From the IMG/VR virus record IMGVR_UViG_3300027963_000048, positions 51,615 through 115,614 of that record: a stretch of DNA of 64,000 bases; one strand, given 5' to 3'. Of the stretch, positions 61,299-64,000 are shown one piece after another; the first letter of the stretch is position 1, and the number at the start of each line of letters is the position of its first letter. The notes beneath the pieces were generated by a model. The model made no database searches. It saw nothing but the letters and a program-made list of their open reading frames with translations, and was not told the DNA's origin. This DNA comes from a virus. Both the position numbers and the translations under genes were made by a program.

Positions 61299-62882
61299 AT
61301 GGGGTTTATGATGTCCATTAACAAATCATCTAGGTTTTTAGAAACGCTCGACGAAGTATTATCTAGTGGGATTGCAGAAAATCTAGCTCCTGCGATGGCG
61401 CCTACTATTGCTCCTAAGCCAAAAACCAACCCCGGAACGGCTCCTAAAACTGCTCCGGCTAAGCCCTCTCCTTTTGCGCCGCCTCGTCCTTCTAAATTGC
61501 CTGCACCAAAGGCTGAGACACCTCGTGGAGCACCGGCTACGGCACCTAGTAGGCCAAAAACTGCACCTGCGACAGTTCCAGCTCCCGCTAAGCCTTCTCC
61601 TTTTGCGCCGCCTCGTCCTTCTATATTGCCTAAGCCTAAGGCTGTGGAGTCTAGGGCTAATGGTCATTCATTTACTGAAGCATTTGATCGGTCTGTAAAT
61701 CCATATGTGCAAAATTTCTTCGACCCGAAGAAGCGAACTGACCATCCTTTACATCAGCATCCCATTTTTGGTCTATACGGCTCCGAATTAGCTGGTAGAC
61801 AATATGCAGGGTCGAAAGAAGGATATCGGCGTCATTTTAATACTACCAATCCTGGCCAGATTGGAATGAATACACATGCTGCATTCATGTTATGCAGAAA
61901 TGTCGAGAGCAAGCATGTTGCTGAATTAGAACGATTAGCCGTTGAGCTAGTCAGCAAAGCGACCGGAGTGCCAATTGAAACGTTTATGCCATATCTGGGC
62001 CAGCACTCCCCGCCACAAGAGACAGAAGATGATGAAGATTATGCTGGCGATGATGAGTCTTTTGGAGGAGACGAGGAGGAGTCAACACACCTGCTTACGT
62101 CTGGCCAAACGCAAAGATCTCAGCCATTGTCTGGAGAATCACTTAAGGGTGAAATAAACAAGCGCATTACGATGAATGCTTTAACACAGGGTCATGCTTT
62201 ACATGCCATGGATAGCATGCATCACCTAATCAACAATGAATTAAGCGCCATCGACCCAAGATTGTTAAAAGCCTATAGTCAGTTTTCAACCGGATCACGT
62301 AGTCAATTTTATTTCACCCCATTGATTAGTAGCCTGCAAAACGCTGCAGTGCGTGAAATGGGGCGCGCTGGGTTTTGCCAGCTTACAAGAGACGCCGATG
62401 GTCAATTGAAGGTCATTGCCTATGGCGCAGTGTTCCCCGTGTTAGTGCAAGAATTGGTCAAAGGTGCCATGGAATTGATCTCGATGCATCAGTTCGGTAA
62501 AATATCCGCTCAAGATGCTACGAAGATTTATGATGTTGCTGATCGGGCTGAAGATGAGGCTTGGCATTTTCTTGTAGGTCCACAATTGTGGAAGTTATTT
62601 TTGAAGGTAGTGCCTGATCACAGTCGTATCCCAGAATTGGTCATGCAGTTAGCTAGATCTAAGCCGGAAGTGGTTCATCGACTGTTATCTAATCTTATTG
62701 AGGAAATCCATGCTGATCGATCTGTCGATCACATTAAAGAGGAATTAAAGGAACTCCTTCACGAATTAGATAATATGGGCGCTGATGTGGAAGCAAGCGA
62801 TTTTGTAAATATCGATGATGAATTTGAAGATGATGAATATGGAGATGATGAAGATGATTTGACTCCATATGAGGATCGATAA
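61299..62882 (+). CDS. Large phage protein with Pro/Ala-rich N-terminal repeats and acidic tracts
   Basis: PAKPSPFAPPRPS..P.PKA twice, A..FPVLVQELVKG..E, E.W...GP.LW. Confidence 0.75.
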   Translation: MGFMMSINKSSRFLETLDEVLSSGIAENLAPAMAPTIAPKPKTNPGTAPKTAPAKPSPFAPPRPSKLPAPKAETPRGAPATAPSRPKTAPATVPAPAKPSPFAPPRPSILPKPKAVESRANGHSFTEAFDRSVNPYVQNFFDPKKRTDHPLHQHPIFGLYGSELAGRQYAGSKEGYRRHFNTTNPGQIGMNTHAAFMLCRNVESKHVAELERLAVELVSKATGVPIETFMPYLGQHSPPQETEDDEDYAGDDESFGGDEEESTHLLTSGQTQRSQPLSGESLKGEINKRITMNALTQGHALHAMDSMHHLINNELSAIDPRLLKAYSQFSTGSRSQFYFTPLISSLQNAAVREMGRAGFCQLTRDADGQLKVIAYGAVFPVLVQELVKGAMELISMHQFGKISAQDATKIYDVADRAEDEAWHFLVGPQLWKLFLKVVPDHSRIPELVMQLARSKPEVVHRLLSNLIEEIHADRSVDHIKEELKELLHELDNMGADVEASDFVNIDDEFEDDEYGDDEDDLTPYEDR

Positions 62883-63324
62883 TGAAGCTGTCGGTCATTT
62901 CTGAAGGTATTCGGTTGGTGATGGCCAGTGAACGTGGTCGTCTGCCGATGGTTAAGTTTACTACTGGCAAAGCATACTTAAATTATGAAATCTGCGATCA
63001 CGAGCATTATACGACTGTTTGTGATCAGGCTAGATATACACCGGGTAAAGCGCTTAACACTGTGAAGAAGTTGGTTGCGATTGGTAAGGCATTTTATATT
63101 AACGGGGTTAAATAATGGCGATAAATGAAGTTGGTCCTGCTAAATCTTGGAGACTTGTGCATAATGGCGTTGAAGTCATAATGCTAGAGGAATTGAGTGG
63201 GATCACCACCACACAGCATGAGATTTTTACCGCAGCAACTGAGCAAGAGTGTTTAGACAAGATCAAGGAGCTAAATCTGATACCTTTGCCTGTTGATCCG
63301 CCAGAATCTTCTGATCCGATATAG
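62882..63324 (+). CDS. Two small proteins (62882..63115, 63115..63324)
   Basis: TAATG-coupled ORFs. The first begins MKLSVISE. Confidence 0.6.
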
Positions 63325-63333
63325 GAGCGTCAG

Positions 63334-64000
63334 ATGAGCGCCACCAGCGTACACATAGCTCGTGTTGGTCTATTCACCACTGATGTGAATGGTATTAGGA
63401 TCGATAAGAATAGTAATACTACCACTATCAATCAATTAAAGAACACCAAGCAGGAGTTTCTTATAATTCCTGACTTGGTAAACGCACCTAATAGTGCTGG
63501 TTATCCAACTATTGCTGAGTACGTGCAATCTGAGGGCACCAGTGGGTTTATGGTAAAGCATTTGGATCAGTCTTATTGTATTACTGCTCCAGCTTCGACC
63601 CCTGTGGCGATTGATCCTGTCTCATATACTTATACTGGTACTTTGACTGTTGTCCCAGTGATATTAGCCACGCCGACGCCAATACAAGTCGGTAATAGCG
63701 TGGCTGATTATTCTGGCAAATGGGCATCTACGATTGTGCTCAGTGCTGCCAATCTGTCACTTACTTCGATTAGTTTTACTGATTTACAGGGTATGAGTGG
63801 TAATTTTGTTCCTAGCGGCTTGTCTGCTCTTTCTTCGTTGAGTTTGCCAGCGTTAACAACAGTTGGCGGTAACTTTTTTCCTAATACTATGGCTGCTCTT
63901 ACTTCGTTGAGTGCTCCAGCGTTGACAACAGTTGGTAGTAACTTTAATCCTAATACTATGGCTGCTCTAACTTCGTTGAGTGCTCCAGCGTTGACAACAG
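63334..64000 (+). CDS. Partial protein with 23-aa leucine-rich (receptor-L-like) repeats
   Basis: AGGAG RBS, ATG 63334, open to the window end. LTSLSAPALTTVG.NF.PNTMAA repeats (69-bp tandem). Confidence 0.75.
   Translation, partial: MSATSVHIARVGLFTTDVNGIRIDKNSNTTTINQLKNTKQEFLIIPDLVNAPNSAGYPTIAEYVQSEGTSGFMVKHLDQSYCITAPASTPVAIDPVSYTYTGTLTVVPVILATPTPIQVGNSVADYSGKWASTIVLSAANLSLTSISFTDLQGMSGNFVPSGLSALSSLSLPALTTVGGNFFPNTMAALTSLSAPALTTVGSNFNPNTMAALTSLSAPALTT

Noticed and set aside
1-64000. Stop-codon reassignment or a diversity-generating retroelement
   Set aside because: Conserved enzymes are uninterrupted in code 11 and TAG/TGA end genes normally. No reverse transcriptase or adenine-specific TR/VR pair was seen.

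Overview
A 64-kb segment of a large (jumbo/huge) dsDNA phage genome read in the standard genetic code. No cellular housekeeping operons are present. A planctomycete-type secreted protein hints at a Planctomycetota host (inference). Contents: (1) putative capsid-internal proteins with an MKLxxI(L/I/S)E N-terminus, three of them with WPEAEP repeats; (2) a sugar-nucleotide/glycosylation cluster (GT2-like, WecB, Ugd, GT11, DegT, GNAT, DUF268-like) plus a second glyco-block led by a RuBisCO-like protein; (3) DNA-metabolism genes (RarA, MoxR-like AAA plus DUF2201 VWA, ligase core, SF2 helicase, DUF932-like, PHP-less DnaE); (4) tRNA-Leu(TAA) and tRNA-Ile2(CAT); (5) LamG-domain proteins. The most striking structure is non-coding. 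From about 29.9 to 49.6 kb roughly 30 copies of a bipartite element, GGGATTT-N17-TGYCAYA, often folding into a hairpin with co-varying stems, each sit between the stop of one small gene and the RBS of the next. They form a convergent cassette array with duplicated genes and swapped leaders. Also seen: nine same-orientation copies of a parS-like 17-mer (TGTTTCCT-N3-TGGAAC), and extreme, patchy G+T versus A+C strand asymmetry that is independent of coding strand and switches polarity at about 24.6, 44.6 and 49.65 kb.
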